Shown here: piece after piece, positions 24,523-37,800 of the stretch | Position numbering within the stretch: the first letter of the stretch is position 1 | Layout: each line of letters begins with the position of its first letter | Source of the DNA: Camelus dromedarius | Lineage: Eukaryota | Length of the DNA: 64,000 bases | NCBI RefSeq assembly: GCF_036321535.1 | Contig: NC_087436.1 | Location: forward strand, 60,328,001-60,392,000 | Reading direction: 5' to 3' | Notes under the pieces: generated by a model | Database searches by the model: none | The model's input: the letters and a program-made list of their open reading frames with translations, nothing else | What the model was told of the DNA's origin: nothing | Position numbers and translations under genes: made by a program

Positions 24523-27500
24523 AAAGAATTTAAAATATTTTTAGAAATGGAGAGTTAAGAGTTATTGCAGCTTTTTGAGAAGGGGAGAAGCAGAATAATG
24601 GAACTAAAGGATGATTAATCAGACAGAATGATGGATTCAAGTCAGGATAGATTAAAGACAAAGGGACAAACAGGTGGTTGTTGTAGTACATAAGACAAGA
24701 ATTAATGAAGTCCTGAACTGGAAGCATGGTTTTGAGGAATGAAAAGAAGCTTTCGATTTCATTATGTGCAAATACTGTCAGTAACTGTTACCATGCTGCA
24801 GTGTGATAGCATTGCTGAAATGGAAATCAAGTATCATAGTAAGAAATACATAGCCTTTTTTAAAGCTAAACCAAACTTCCAATAGTGCGATGTTGTGGAC
24901 TGAGATAACCTCACTGCATTTAAAAGAGAAAGCTTTTACCACAATGTCCCGACCAATTTCAATCTTAATCCAGAAGTCATTTTTCTCTCTGCCTATCGAT
25001 GCCACCATGAATGCATTTGATGGGGAGAAAGATAATGAGACATTATTTACTTAGTCCCATTAGAGGTACTGGAATAAGACAAAATAGCACATTATGTACC
25101 AGTTTCACTCTTTTAATTTGATTAGCCATGAATATATTTAAATGTTTTCATTTTCAGCTAGAAAATTAAAGTAACATTATTTGGGAAATATCTTAATGGA
25201 AATTATTTGAAATGTCTCACTGAATTATTCCCTGTGGCAGAGAGGAATAAACATGTAACCTTGAGAATAGACCTCTCACATCAAGTTAATTCTAAATCTG
25301 GTGTTTCATGTGCATTTTGTGTTCTCATCAATAATTTATCTGTGTAATTTTGGTAGAAAATAATACTTAAAATTATTCATTGGTTAAATTCTCATGGAAA
25401 AATTCTTTAAGGATATTGATAGTATCATTATAAACCCCCAGCACTGGATGCTATGTTTTAGAAAAAAAAAAAAGAATTATTTTCGTTTTCTCAAATTACT
25501 ACAAAAGGGCTACAATGTGGTGAATCATGAGCTAATATAGTTAATAACTGGAAATTTAAAACTAGAAATGCTAGCTGCTATTATCTGAGAAATTGTTAGC
25601 ACAGCAACGCAAGTCAGCGTTGGGAAGCAGATGCTCTTCACGCCAATTAGATTCCTTTCACACTGCTGTGCATTTGATGCCCTTACTACTCATTCCTACA
25701 GCCTGAAGTCAAGTGTCCCTTCTCTTCCTTGATCGAGTCTTAGATTCTATCTTTCCTCTTGAATTTACCTGTCCAGGTGCTATAGTCCTTCAATTTCTAC
25801 AGTTTTATACGTAAGTGATCCAATGCTTATGTCCCTTATACTATGTTCATGGATGTTCTTCTAAAGGAGGCCCCCACCCCTAAACATGTATATATTCTTT
25901 CCTAAATGGCTCACACTCCTGGCCCTTCTCCATTCTCATCAGTACTTCTCCATCTCAGTGAGCTCTTTGCATCTATGTCCTAACTGCCTTCTCATCTCTC
26001 AGCATTCAATTCACCTTCCATGTTGCTGGAAATATGATCACACTTTCTCGTCTCCATTACTTTTATAGGTTGTGCTTTTTCATTCTTTTTTTTTTTCCCT
26101 GAAATAGCATGCTGCTCTCTCTACCTGCTTAATGCACTTATTCCTCATCTTAGTTTCATTGACTCTCTTCTCTTGCCTAAGCAGGTTCCTCTTTTCTCAT
26201 TTCTCAGTACTTTGTGTGTTTCTACTGAACATTATCTCATTATATAGTACTGGTTAGACAATCCCTCGGTCATCTTTTATATCTGGTGTCTAGCATTGTG
26301 ATTGGTGTGTAATTTGATTTTGCAATCATAACACTGTCAACCCAACACGATTCTAATGATGGAAATTCCAGGTTGCACGTGTGAGAAGGTCAAGAAATGT
26401 CTTTCAAACTGTGCCACCAATGTTTAATGCAGGCTTAATCACAGCTATTCAACCACTACATTTAGGCAACCTCAACCTGCCCTTGGCCAACTCATTTTCA
26501 GGGTTCTGGCTCCCATAATGAGGCCATGTGGATATCTAAGAATGAAAGAAGAGAGAAGGGAAGGTTTTCAGGAATGAATCGAGGAAACTGCTACTTGGCT
26601 TCTACAGCCTCATACATAATGGCTTCTGGAACAACAGATAGCTGGGCAGGAAAAGCACTGGCTCTCAAAGGAGATAAACAAATGCCAACCATTTCAATCC
26701 TTGCTGTGACTATGCAGGTAAAAAATAAATAAAACAACAATACTAACAAAACCCCAGCCTTTAACTAAGAAAAGCTATTTGGCTCCCTTTGTATCGAGGA
26801 AATTTTAGCAGACAAGACAGCTGCCTTCATCCAGCTATTGCTTTCTGGGACACAGATATTGGACCATACCAGGAATTCTTGGCTGCCTGACAAGAGTAAT
26901 CTCACTGTCTGCTCGAGCTAACCACCTGGAAATGGAACCTGCTTGCTAAGATGAGCCACCTTATGTGTATACATCCAGGCACACTGGCACAGGAGCCCTG
27001 GTCCAAAACCAGGGTCCCTATATCTTAAACCTGGAAGCATACAATAGGTCCAGATGCTGGAGTTACAGAGAGAGCTGTAAGTTTCTGGAATGAGACCCTA
27101 ATACCTCTGAACTAATAGTAGACTGAATTTCATTTGTTAAATGGTCAAGTTTCATTGAAAAAATGAAATGATGATTGTTATTTTAAAATAATGGCGTTCA
27201 AATATTGGGGAATGTATATATTATAGATGCTTTCTAAATTTAAGCATATTCTCTGTATTTTACATAAAACCAAATTTGAAATGCACAATAAATCTACTTT
27301 TTAAAAACATATTCCACATTACTAGTTTTCTTTTTTGATTATGATTTTTATCTTCAGCAAAGTGATATACCTGGTAGCAGGACTTCCATATCTTACAGCA
27401 GAGAAGCAATGAAGCCATTTCAATAACCGTTCTATTGAAAAAATTGTTATATTTATCCTCCCCTCCCCACAATCTAATGAGAATTTGAAGGACAATACAA

Positions 27501-27911
27501 AAAATAAAGCATGTGCTAGATTCAGTGATCCCCCTTCTCCCTTTCCCTCCTGGCCATATCTGTAAATCATGCTTCATATACAATTTGAGAAAAATAAGAG
27601 AGAGACTAAAATAATTCATATACATAAACATAACAGTGTAATCTTTGGTCTTTAAATTTTGCATACCATGTATTTTATCATGCTGGCATTTGTTTGTAAG
27701 TTTCTAAAGTGGGTCTGTATAGCTCTAATATATACATTCTAAAGTTAGATTGCCAGAGCATCACTTAACAGAAATAGCACCAATTAAGGAATCTGTTTCA
27801 TCTAAAATTTATCTAGCTCTACTGCACTACGTAGGGAAAGATATATTCTTGGTTCTTGTCCTCAACCTTTTATAGAACCCTGCTTCCTTCTGAAAGTGTT
27901 CTGTATTTTTA

Positions 27912-28244
27912 TTTATTTATTTGTTTATATATGTATTTATTTATCAAAGTATAGTCAGTTATAATGTGTCAATTTCTGGTGTACAGCATAATGTTTCAGT
28001 CATACATACTCATTTTCATATTCTTTTTCATTATTGGTAACTACAAGATATTGAATATAGTTCCCTGTGCTATATAGAAGAAATTTGTTTATTGTCTCTT
28101 TTATATATAGTTGTTAGTATTTGCAAATCTTGAACTCCCAATTTAACCCTTCCCACCCCCTTTTCCCCCAGTAAAATAAGTTTGTTTACTATGTCTGTGA
28201 GTCTGTTTCTGTTTTGTAGATAAGTTCATTAGTGTCTTCTTTTT
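27912..28244 (-). mobile_element. 5'-truncated L1 3' UTR
   Basis: Reverse L1 3' UTR (gtatagtcagttataatgtgtc...gatattgaatatagttccctgtgctata...tgtctgtgagtctgtttctgttttgtagataagttc), (TTTA)n tail at left, TSD ttctgtattttta at 27899-27911 and 28245-28257 with a TTTT/AA endonuclease site. Confidence 0.92.
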
Positions 28245-28727
28245 TTCTGTATTTTTAAAAGCTTTGGTCGGTGTTACAAACTTACATGGTAACTATATTT
28301 CCATTCTAAGTAAATAGCTTAACATCAAAACATATTAGTTGAGCAATACTTTCCTTGATAAAGGAGGAAGAAAGAAAATAAACCTAAATCTGAAATGAGA
28401 AGAGGATTTGCCATTGTGCTCCGATACCAAAGCCACACCAGCTTCAGTGGGCAACAGCAGAAATGTTCTCATTATAAGATTTTAGTGCTGGCATTTGTGG
28501 TGCTTGTTGGCACCAGCTGAGTCAGCCTCAGCAACAAGCAGTGGTGACAGAGGTGAGGTAGGTGGCAGGGAGGAGTGGCGCTAACATGATGAAGACGTTT
28601 CACATGAGTTCCTCAGTGATGGAGGTCTCAGAATAGATGACGTATAGAAGGACACATGTGAGCCACTTCTTGAGACTCCGCCTTGTATGCAAAAAAAGTC
28701 TTCGAAGAAGATAAAGATACTATACTA

Positions 28728-29245
28728 TGTAAGAAAAGAAATTTTCACAGGTTGAGGTATGGGGAAGTCTTTCTGGCTTATACATGAGTTAACTTGAGTT
28801 TTAGGCTAACTTAAAACCATCTGTTTGTGACCTATCAAACAGGCATTGTACCTCTGCTTTAATTATTAAAGAAAAGGACACTCTGACCAGAAGTGAAAAG
28901 TGTCCATGTTAAAAATAAAGGTTAAATGCCCCTCTTCCTGGGATGCCAATGCTACTACTCCTCTGAAGATGGTAAGACCCCCTTCCCAGGTGCTAAGGCC
29001 GTATTGACTCATTGTGTACGTGCTGGTCTGTTTTTTGTTGTTGTTTTGTTTTTGTTTTTGAACTTTGAAGAAATGTATCCCTAATTTGTTTAATATTCTT
29101 TATTCTGACAAGATATAAAACTGTGCTGAACCATGCTTCTCTGGAGCAGTTTCTCACAGTAATCTGGGAAGCTGGCTTCCTCAGTTTGCCTCAGCTGAAA
29201 CTCTTTTCTATTCCTATTGTAGACTGTTGATTATTTTTATCAACA
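28728..29245 (+). mobile_element. Solo ERV1 LTR, MER34-like
   Basis: TATA-like gatataaaact, then cttctctggagcagtttctca...aaactcttttctattcctatt...gattatttttatcaaca 3' end typical of MER34-group LTRs. 5' boundary uncertain; no clean TSD. Confidence 0.65.
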
Positions 29246-31582
29246 TATGTTTTAAAGAAACAGTTTTACTTATCCCGACCATGACGCCATGCTTCTATCT
29301 AGACTGGAGTAGCTAGAAGAAATGGAAGTTACATTTGTGAATTTTTTTTTTTCCTAAAGGAAATTAGACTGACAGAAATGAAACTTAAAATTCTAAAAGT
29401 GATTTTTTTGGAAAATTATTTACCTTCAAGAGGCCATAAAATCCAAAGCCAAAAGAATCAATGTCTAGTTTAGAGATTTCTTTCTTTAGGAATCAATGTA
29501 AGATATTTGTGAGAGATACAGAGACACTTTGAGTGCTCCTAAAGTCACAGTCCAAGTTTGCCTTCACCATAACCCATCATGAATGTAACAGTCACATGAA
29601 GTCTACTAAACAACACTGCCTTCCCAGTTGATAGTTCTCTGTAGAACTTTCTTTACAGACATGTATTCATTCTTCTCCTTTTTAAAAAAGTTCATAGAGC
29701 AGTTTTAAGCTGATTAAAAGAAAAGAAAATCCTTCTTTCTCAAGAGATCTTACAGCTACTAACTGAAACTAAAACTTCACTCTTAAAGGGAAGAAAGGAC
29801 CAGTAAGAGTAGATGGAAACACTTTACCTTTCACGTACTTATTTCAACTCAGGTGAGTTTCATAGTAACTAAAAGCAATTTCATTTGAACTTCTCAGTGA
29901 CCTTTATGAGACTGGGTATTGGCAGCTGGCGGTACCTCCTGGAGGAACTGGCCGTATTTCAAAAGCTCCAACATAACTGGCCCTCCTTCCAATAACCTTC
30001 TCAGAGTCACAAGGTTAAGTGGAAACAGAGCAAACCAAACATTCACAATGGTCTTTCTTGGACAAGGTTAAAATCTTTTTTTGTTTTTTTGTTTTTGTTG
30101 TTGTTTTGTTTTATTGTGTGGTTATTTTTCATAACAGGGAGCTCTGTCTGAAATTCTGTCGATTTAGAAACTTCTAAAAATACAGAAAGAGAACAAAGTC
30201 AGTCCAGCATTATGTTTATATTCTGTGCTGTTTATAGTCACTGTAAGAGACTCACAGAAAGCAATTACAATCTGAACACAAATATGCCCATTTATTAAGT
30301 CTCTTCATGGTCAAAACACTACAAATCATAGGGCTAAGTGTTGAATGTGAGAAAAATCAAGGGTGCTTTTTTTTTCTTTTTCTTAAATGGCATGAAAGTC
30401 ATGGGGCTGACAATGTATCATTCTATTCCTCCATGATTGGTAATTATTAGAATATACCACAGTAGATTAATTGGAGGCTTTTTTTTTTTTAATCCTAGGC
30501 ATAGGGAAACTTGGCTTGCTCCTGGTTCTGGTCCACTGTGTTTTGCCATCTGGATGGCCACCAACTGTTGGAAGTGCTCCTTTCCCCTCAAAGAAAAAAT
30601 AAGATAAAAGCTTTTGAACACTACCTTATGCCTGCTCAAACATCAATTTCTGGCTATCCGCAGTAGCTCTTACCCCCCTCCCCCTCACTCATTTCCCCTC
30701 CCTCCAACTATACTGACAAGGAGAAAGAAAGACGGGAATCTTACATGTACCACATTCCCATTATGCTCCCCAGTGTGGTGCCATTAAATAGTACCCTGTC
30801 TGAGTGGGTCTAATTGGCCAGTATATGGTACTTTCTATTGATGGTTTTTAGTCACTCCAGAGTTCTATGTACTTACATGTATATAATTCATCACATGAAG
30901 GTCATTTTATTCAATCTTCTTGTTCTGCCATTTAAATAGTTATTCTATGTGAATTTCGATGTAATTCACTGGTTCGGTCGCAATTTCAAGCACTTCAGAA
31001 AGACAAAGGGAAAACTGAAAAACGCCACATTTGTGAACTGGTTTACATTCAGAAGGATTACTTGTCGTTTCCCTAGACCACCAGATGTCAGCCTAAATTG
31101 AAGAACGGAAAAGAAACTGTGTGTCATAGTGTTAGTGTCTAGTGTGCCAGATGGAGTTTTACACAACCCTGCAGGAAGAGTGAGCCAGCAGTCGTTAAAA
31201 TTCAGTGTTAGAAATAACACAAGTGACACTGCATGCACTGTAGCATTTTTTGATTATGGAACTTAATTGTATCATAGATCACTGATAGCTTAATTTATGA
31301 GGATTGATTTTGTTAATTCAAGCAGTTCAAAAGTCACTGTTACAGCTTCAGTCTATTTAATTGTATCTGACTTAAGCTTTACTCATGCTCTCCGAAGACA
31401 AATGGCTGCACAGAGGTAATACATTTTTTTTCTGCTGTTTATCCATTTATTCCTACGTGTATCACTGACCATGATTTACATTTCAATGAGTAGTATTAGA
31501 TATAGGAGGCAGATTTTTCTTTTTGCTCTCAGTTGAGCTAAAAAAATGCAAATATTAAGTCGTGTTAAAGTATGTCACTTTT

Positions 31583-31669
31583 CACAACATTGTAAACCAA
31601 TTATACTTCAATTAAAAAAAAGAATAAAAACAGTAATTGATAAAATGTTAAACAATGAAAAAGAATAGA
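31583..31669 (+). mobile_element. Ultra-short L1 3' tip with extended A-rich tail
   Basis: cacaacattgtaaaccaattatacttcaattaaaaaaa is the L1 3' terminus; TSD tatgtcactttt at 31571-31582 and 31670-31681. Confidence 0.8.
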
Positions 31670-32013
31670 TATGTCACTTTTGATTTTACTACCATGGGAG
31701 AACCAGCAACCACAGAAGGTTAAGATTTTCCTGTCAAAATTATCATCCATTTTTTTCAGACTGGGAGATTACATATTACAGATTACTTCTTAGGACCACA
31801 CTGTTGTGTTTGGGGCTAATCTAATAGAAGTGGTCTGCTATATCTTTCATTAACACAGGCAACATTAAACATGTAGGGAAGTTCCGTTAACGCTTGCATT
31901 CAGAAAAGCTGTCAGGAGTACTTCTAATTTTACCTATCTTTTGAATTTAACATAGAAGCATAAGTAATAGATTAAACTGAAAAACAGAGGAATGAATTTA
32001 AACAATTGACCCA

Positions 32014-32045
<32 letters not shown>

Positions 32046-32104
32046 GAGAGAGAGAGATGGATGGACAGAGAGAGAGAGGAAAGGAGAGGAGAGGAGAGGA
32101 GAGA
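32014..32104. repeat. Compound microsatellite (GT)14, (GA)n, (GGAGA)n
   Basis: Directly visible. Confidence 0.95.
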
Positions 32105-32312
32105 TGTATGTTTTGCCTGGTAGTTTATTCAGGATTCAGTCTTGCTGAGCTGGTTCTCATCACTGATGTATCAATGAAATGAGGTTTTCCTCTCTCCATC
32201 CCTTCACCTTCTCCTTGAATTTTTAACCCTGACGTTTATTTGAACACCAGTAGCCAAGTTCTTATCTTTTTTCACCCCTCTGAGCTGTGAAAGCCAAATT
32301 CCCTTTGAAGCC

Positions 32313-32530
32313 AATGATAATGATAATGATAATGATAATAGAACCTCACATTTGCTTATCATTCTGAAAATAAAAGAGCTTAAAATACTCTACAGACACA
32401 GCCTTATTAACCTCATAATAAAGTCCTTTTTGACATAGTGAATGCAAATTTGAAAAAGGTTAAAGCCCTGCTCCGTGGTTGCACAGTGTACCAGTGGCAG
32501 GATCAAATCACACTCCCTGCTTTATCTCAA
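32313..32530 (-). mobile_element. MIR SINE with (ATGATA)n at its tail
   Basis: (atgata)4-5, then reverse MIR (ggttgcacagtgtaccagtggcaggatcaaatc). Confidence 0.6.
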
Positions 32531-33225
32531 CAGTGGGTTTGACATCTGAACTTCATTTTAAAATCAGATCAGCAGGAAAGAGGAGCCAAACAAGAAGCTG
32601 GCCCTTTACTCAGTTTTACTTAATCCTTAATAAGAAAGTCTTTTATAGTGATTTTCTATAGTAGAAAATAAAACCCGAAGACAGGTTTGGTTATATCCTA
32701 CTTGTTATGTTTGGATATTTTGAATCTCAAATATCTAATCCATGTCTTTTATTTGTAGCCAATATTGAAATAACCCTGAAGCATATTAATCTCTAGCACA
32801 TTACAAACAGCCTAGGGTACATATTTTGTATTATTTCCAAAATAAAAGAAATCTTCAAATGGTAAAGATAATGCTATCTAAAAGAGGACAGAGTGTTCTC
32901 ACTACTTTCTCAACACAACCACGACATACAGAAAAAGTAAAGAATAGGCTTGATTTGATATTTGTAGTTTCAGAAATAAATTACAAAGAAAATCAGAGCC
33001 AGAACGCCCAATACAATCCTACCCAAGTTATTCACACCAGTAGGTGTGGAAGTGACATAATGGGTCCCATTACCACAGGTGTGATTAGAGACTGAGTCTG
33101 AAGATACATTTTCAGGCAGGTAGAGAGGTTTTGCTTTTGGTTTTGGTTTTGTTTTCCTATCCAAAGTGGCACAAGAAGATTTAGGGGTTTCTCCTTGCCT
33201 GTCTGTGTTCTCCAAAGTCTCAAAT

Positions 33226-33232
33226 CAAAAAC

Positions 33233-33263
<31 letters not shown>

Positions 33264-33308
33264 ACAAAAACAAAAAAAAAAAAGAAAGAAAAGAAAAGAA
33301 AGAAAGGA
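33226..33308. repeat. Compound A-rich tract (CAAAA)n/(CAAAAA)n/An/(GAAA)n
   Basis: Directly visible. Confidence 0.95.
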
Positions 33309-34659
33309 ACATAAACTTCTTACTCTGTGCAAGTCACAAAATGGTTGATAATAGTTGGACTATTCTGTGTTGCACCAAGTAATTGTTGATTGTTTAGACC
33401 ACAAATAGCTTTGAGAATTTCCCTGAGGACTTCTGTTTTGTAGATGAGTTCATTCCCATACTCCACACAGCTTGATGCAAATGAAAACTGGGAATGCAGA
33501 GTCTCTTCCCTCCTTTCCCACTCAATCCAGCAACAGCACAAATCCGCCACAGATAGAAATGCGCGACGGTTTCCCTTCCTGTCAATATCACATGCCAATC
33601 ATAGCTCTTCTTCTTCCAACTCTCTTTCTGTCTATTCTCTCAGTCAAGGAAAACAGGTCTCAGAAATGGCTTTCATCCCCTTTACTCTCTGCTCACCCAC
33701 CCTCCACATTATGCATCTTGGAAGATAAAATCTGCAACTTTTTCCCCCCTTTCCATATGCAATGCTCAACAAACATTTGTTGTTAGGCACTGAAGAGGGA
33801 GTTCAAGGTGAGTTCTTCCTCCTGGAGCAGAGAATTCAACAAGGACAGCGGTGGTTAATGCTTTATCAGAGTAATAGCACTGCTGGGTGGACCTAGCAAA
33901 AGGAACAACCGATTCTTTCCTGGATGTGAAGATGACTTTGGGAAAGACCTAGCAAAACAGCCTTGAAGCAGGGGATAAATGTCCCTCTGTGAATACTTTG
34001 GGAGTCATTCTACTAGATATCAAGGGCAGATATGCATAAAAATCAGGAGGATGTTGAGAGATCCTTATTCGGAGAGTATTCTGGGGGAATGATAGCCCTC
34101 AACACTGCCTTTATCTAATTGTTCTACTGTAGCTTAGAAACCTTCTTTGAAAATGTGTTCATTTATTACTTAACCCTTACTTAACACTTAACTAAGCATT
34201 AGACTGGAGGAGGGGGGGATATGCAACTGTCAAATAGCTGAGCATTATAATTCAATTCTCTTCCATTCTTTATAAACCTCACAACATTCTATTTTTATTC
34301 ATTACCTTCTATGATTTAGGGAAAGTTAGCAGCTCCATCCTCTACTGTCCATTAGAGTCAACTAAGGAGCTAAAAAAAAAAAAACCCCAAAAAACGAAAA
34401 CAAAAACAACCCATACCTGGAGCAATTGGACCAGTTAAAGCAGATATTCAAGTTATTTTTGTGTGAGAACCTCTGGTGTAGGCTGTGTAACTGGTCTTTC
34501 ATGTTGGGCAGAACCAAGGCCACTGGAAAGAATTTGCAGTTCAAAACCCTATCCTGCCCCAGGGCCACGAGTGTGGGACAGTTTAACCTCCATCAGTCTC
34601 TTAAAGCCCTAGCTACTTTTATCTTTCCTGGGTAAAATACTTGGAATATCTGGAATATC

Positions 34660-35190
34660 TTTCACTGGGTCCCCAAGGACCTCAGGATAAAGTTAAAATT
34701 CTTCACAGAGCGTTCAAGAGCCTTCATTAATTTCTCACTAGATGCATATTCATCCTGAGCTGCTGGTGCTACCTTGCACAGACACACACACAGACACACA
34801 CATCTTTTTGCCCAGTGATGTAGACACACTTGCCATTCTCAGAATGTGCCAGGATCCTCAAAACTTCCAGCTTTGAATGTATCTTCCTTCTTCCTAATCT
34901 GGTCTTAATCCCTTTTCACGTGGCACCTGTGCATGAATAACTCCTTCTTTTAGGCTCTGAAAACAAGTATTTCTTGTTCACACCCCACTCCTCAGGGTGA
35001 ATTAGGTTCTCTACTTTCTGTGTGTAGATATACTGCAGTACTTTTTTCACTGTATTATAACTGCTAACTTTTCATTCCTCTCCTCACTAGAAGGTGAGCT
35101 GTGCTGAGTGGGCAGGAGGTTACGTTTACTTCTGAAAACCATTGTACACGATGCTTGGCACATAGCAGAATCTCAAATGGTTACTGAAAA
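34660..35190 (+). mobile_element. L2 LINE 3' fragment
   Basis: ctcaggataaagttaaaattcttcacagagcgttcaagagccttc...cactagaaggtgagct...tgcttggcacatagcagaatctcaaatggttactgaa. Confidence 0.7.
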
Positions 35191-36314
35191 AACAGTGTAT
35201 GACTTCACTGAGGCATGTTACTATCCCAAAATATTTCCAAATTCCTGCACTGTTGCTGAATGGTTTTTAAACTCTTGGCACATTAGGGAGCCAAATTTGT
35301 GTAGCATGTTTTAGCTATTGCTAGACATATGCAAAGCTTTCTGTGAGTAAAACCCTCAGTTTTAGCATTATGTTATTTTAAAAATTATTCTATAAGTTTA
35401 AAAAAGCTGAAAATATGGACTCAGGAAATGTTAAATAATGTAGTGATTTCTTCTTTATATCAATAACAATTAACTGGATAACTTTCCTTTATTTGGAAAG
35501 AAATTGCATGCTGAGAAGGAAAGATCTTTTCTTTGCACTTAATTCACTGTTGCTGTTTCAGGCTTAAGGTAAAGGGAAGTGAGAAAAAGAAATTTATTTA
35601 AATTGGATAAGCAATCTGCAGATCAGTGAGAAAGAACCTAACCTCCCTTGAAGAGCCCTTTTCTTCAGGTTTCCCCCATTAAAAGGGTAAAGGAGCATTG
35701 CAATTGCATAAATAATGCTAATTAATATTTAATGAGTGATTGACCAAATGCCAGATGTGAACCTACCGTGACCAAAACCAAAGAAATATCTTTCAGCAGT
35801 TTTCACAGTCAGTGTCTTTTGGGAATCGTTTTTCAAATAGGTTGTTAAAATAGTCTTAGTTTTCATAATCAGACATTTATCTTCTGCTTTTATATTTAGG
35901 TAAGAAGTAAGAATCTGTTGGTTTGTAACCAATGAACCAAAAATTGTGTCTCATTGGCAGTACCACATTGTGTGCTTCAAAACTTCTGGGAGCACAAAGA
36001 TAATTTAAATCCTACTATGCCATTTTGTCTGCTGTAGAGAAATATTCTTGTTGTGTAAGGAAACTTTTCTGTTTGGATAATTTTCTTCCTTACTATTTTA
36101 TCTCCATCAGTTGCTTCTAGCTCTTATATTACCAGGCGGATACTGCCAAGGTGCCACAATTAAATTTTTCATTCTTAAGTGTTGAAACTCGATTTTTCCC
36201 CTCCACACTTCACTTATCCTAATTTTTGTTTAGAGTATCTCCACACTATTATTTTCTCCATTTCTCCCAGACATTTTTATCTTACTCATTATGTATTTTT
36301 CACTAGGAAAGGAC

Positions 36315-36750
36315 TGTGGCAGGTTGGATTGGCTGGGAAGCAGACTCTAAGATATATTTTTGTTCATTAAGTTTACTAGAGTGGTTTCTGGATTAACAGT
36401 TGTGAAAAGAAAGGAGGAAAGCAGGACTGAGCAGAAGGAGACGTTGAGCTGCTTCAAAATCATGCCAGAGACCTCAGCTCAGTCAGTCAACTAGTCCCAG
36501 CGGGAGCCCTGAAGCTGAGATGGCCTGTCAGCGTTCCTGAGTTTAAGTGAGAAGGCGAGGCCTATGTACCTCTACATGGACCAACTGTCAGCTCTGGGCT
36601 GCCCGAGACTGGGCACATGGCCCTGGTCAAGAAGACTGTCTTCACCTGAGCCAATTCTGGGGCTCACAGAGACAACATTACCAGTGGCTAGGGGAGAAGC
36701 TCTTCCTTCCTGACAGGGCATCTTGGTGACACATCATAGTGCCCACTACA
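36315..36750 (-). mobile_element. Solo ERVL LTR, LTR16/LTR33-like
   Basis: tgtggcagg...ctgggaagcagactct...gaaagcaggactgagcagaaggagacgttgagctg...gcccactaca, with TG...CA ends. Confidence 0.75.
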
Positions 36751-37611
36751 AGACCAAATTGGCTTTTAGCAAAGAAAGGTAGACCAATACTTCCTAAAGC
36801 AATGTAATGATTTTTGCAAAGTAAGGACTTTAGATAATACACTGATGTATGGCATAAAACTGTCCTTTAGAAAACAATTTGAGGGACAGAATTAGGGGAA
36901 AGAGAAGAGCAGAGAAAATGAAATGGGAGTGAGAAGGACTGAGTGAGGTAGTTTAAGTATGGGCACTATGTGGAGTAAAGTGCCAATGAGAAACCCCAAG
37001 TGGCAAGGTAGCCAAGTGGATTTTAAACACTGGTTGTCAGTATCTGATTGGAAGACATTGGTGTTGCTTCAATGTAAGTCTCCCTCGACCTCCTCAGTCC
37101 CACCAAAGTCTTTATTTAAGTTTACTTCGTGTATGTGTGCTGCATGAATGATGTAATTTTAGTGGGAATTAAGGTACAAACTTGAGATTTATTAATGGGT
37201 TGACATAGTGTGTGCGCAAATAGGAGACCGGAACCAGAGTAGGTTTCAAGGGTGATAAAACTCCATGGATTTGCTACATGGATTATAACTGTGAAAATAT
37301 ACACGGTAGTTTTAAAATAGTTAAGCAATGAAATATTGGTAATTCAGAATTTAGCAAAGGAACAGCTTTTTGAACTCATTTGCCTCTGAAATAGCAAACA
37401 CAATAAATACATGAGTACACACTGGACAGATCCATACTGCCAGAATTCCTCTTCTTGCACGGATGTTTGTGTCAACAATTTATTAAAGGCATAGAGCAAT
37501 GAAAATTGGATTGGTAAAATCTGTTTGAGAAAGAAAACCATTGAAATTTTAAGACTGAACCTAGAACAACTGGAGAAATAAAAAAACAGACAAACAAAAA
37601 TGCTGTGCACT

Positions 37612-37800
37612 TTTATTTATTAAGTACCTGCTGTGCACCAGGCTTGAGTGAAGTGTCTCAAATCCTTATGTAATGCTGAATGGTAGATGGTCTCATTTTG
37701 CGCGGAGGAGCCGAAGGGTTAGAGGGGTTATGTCACTTGACTGAGGCTGCACAACTAAGATTCAAACCCAGATTGGTCTGGCTAAAGGCCCATGTTTTCT
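37612..37800 (-). mobile_element. MIR SINE
   Basis: tttatttattaagtacctgctgtgcaccagg...ggttagaggggttatgtcacttg...gattcaaacccag. Confidence 0.75.

Noticed and set aside
33226..33308. A-rich tract as the tail of a retrocopy
   Set aside because: No identifiable upstream body or TSD; kept only as a simple repeat.
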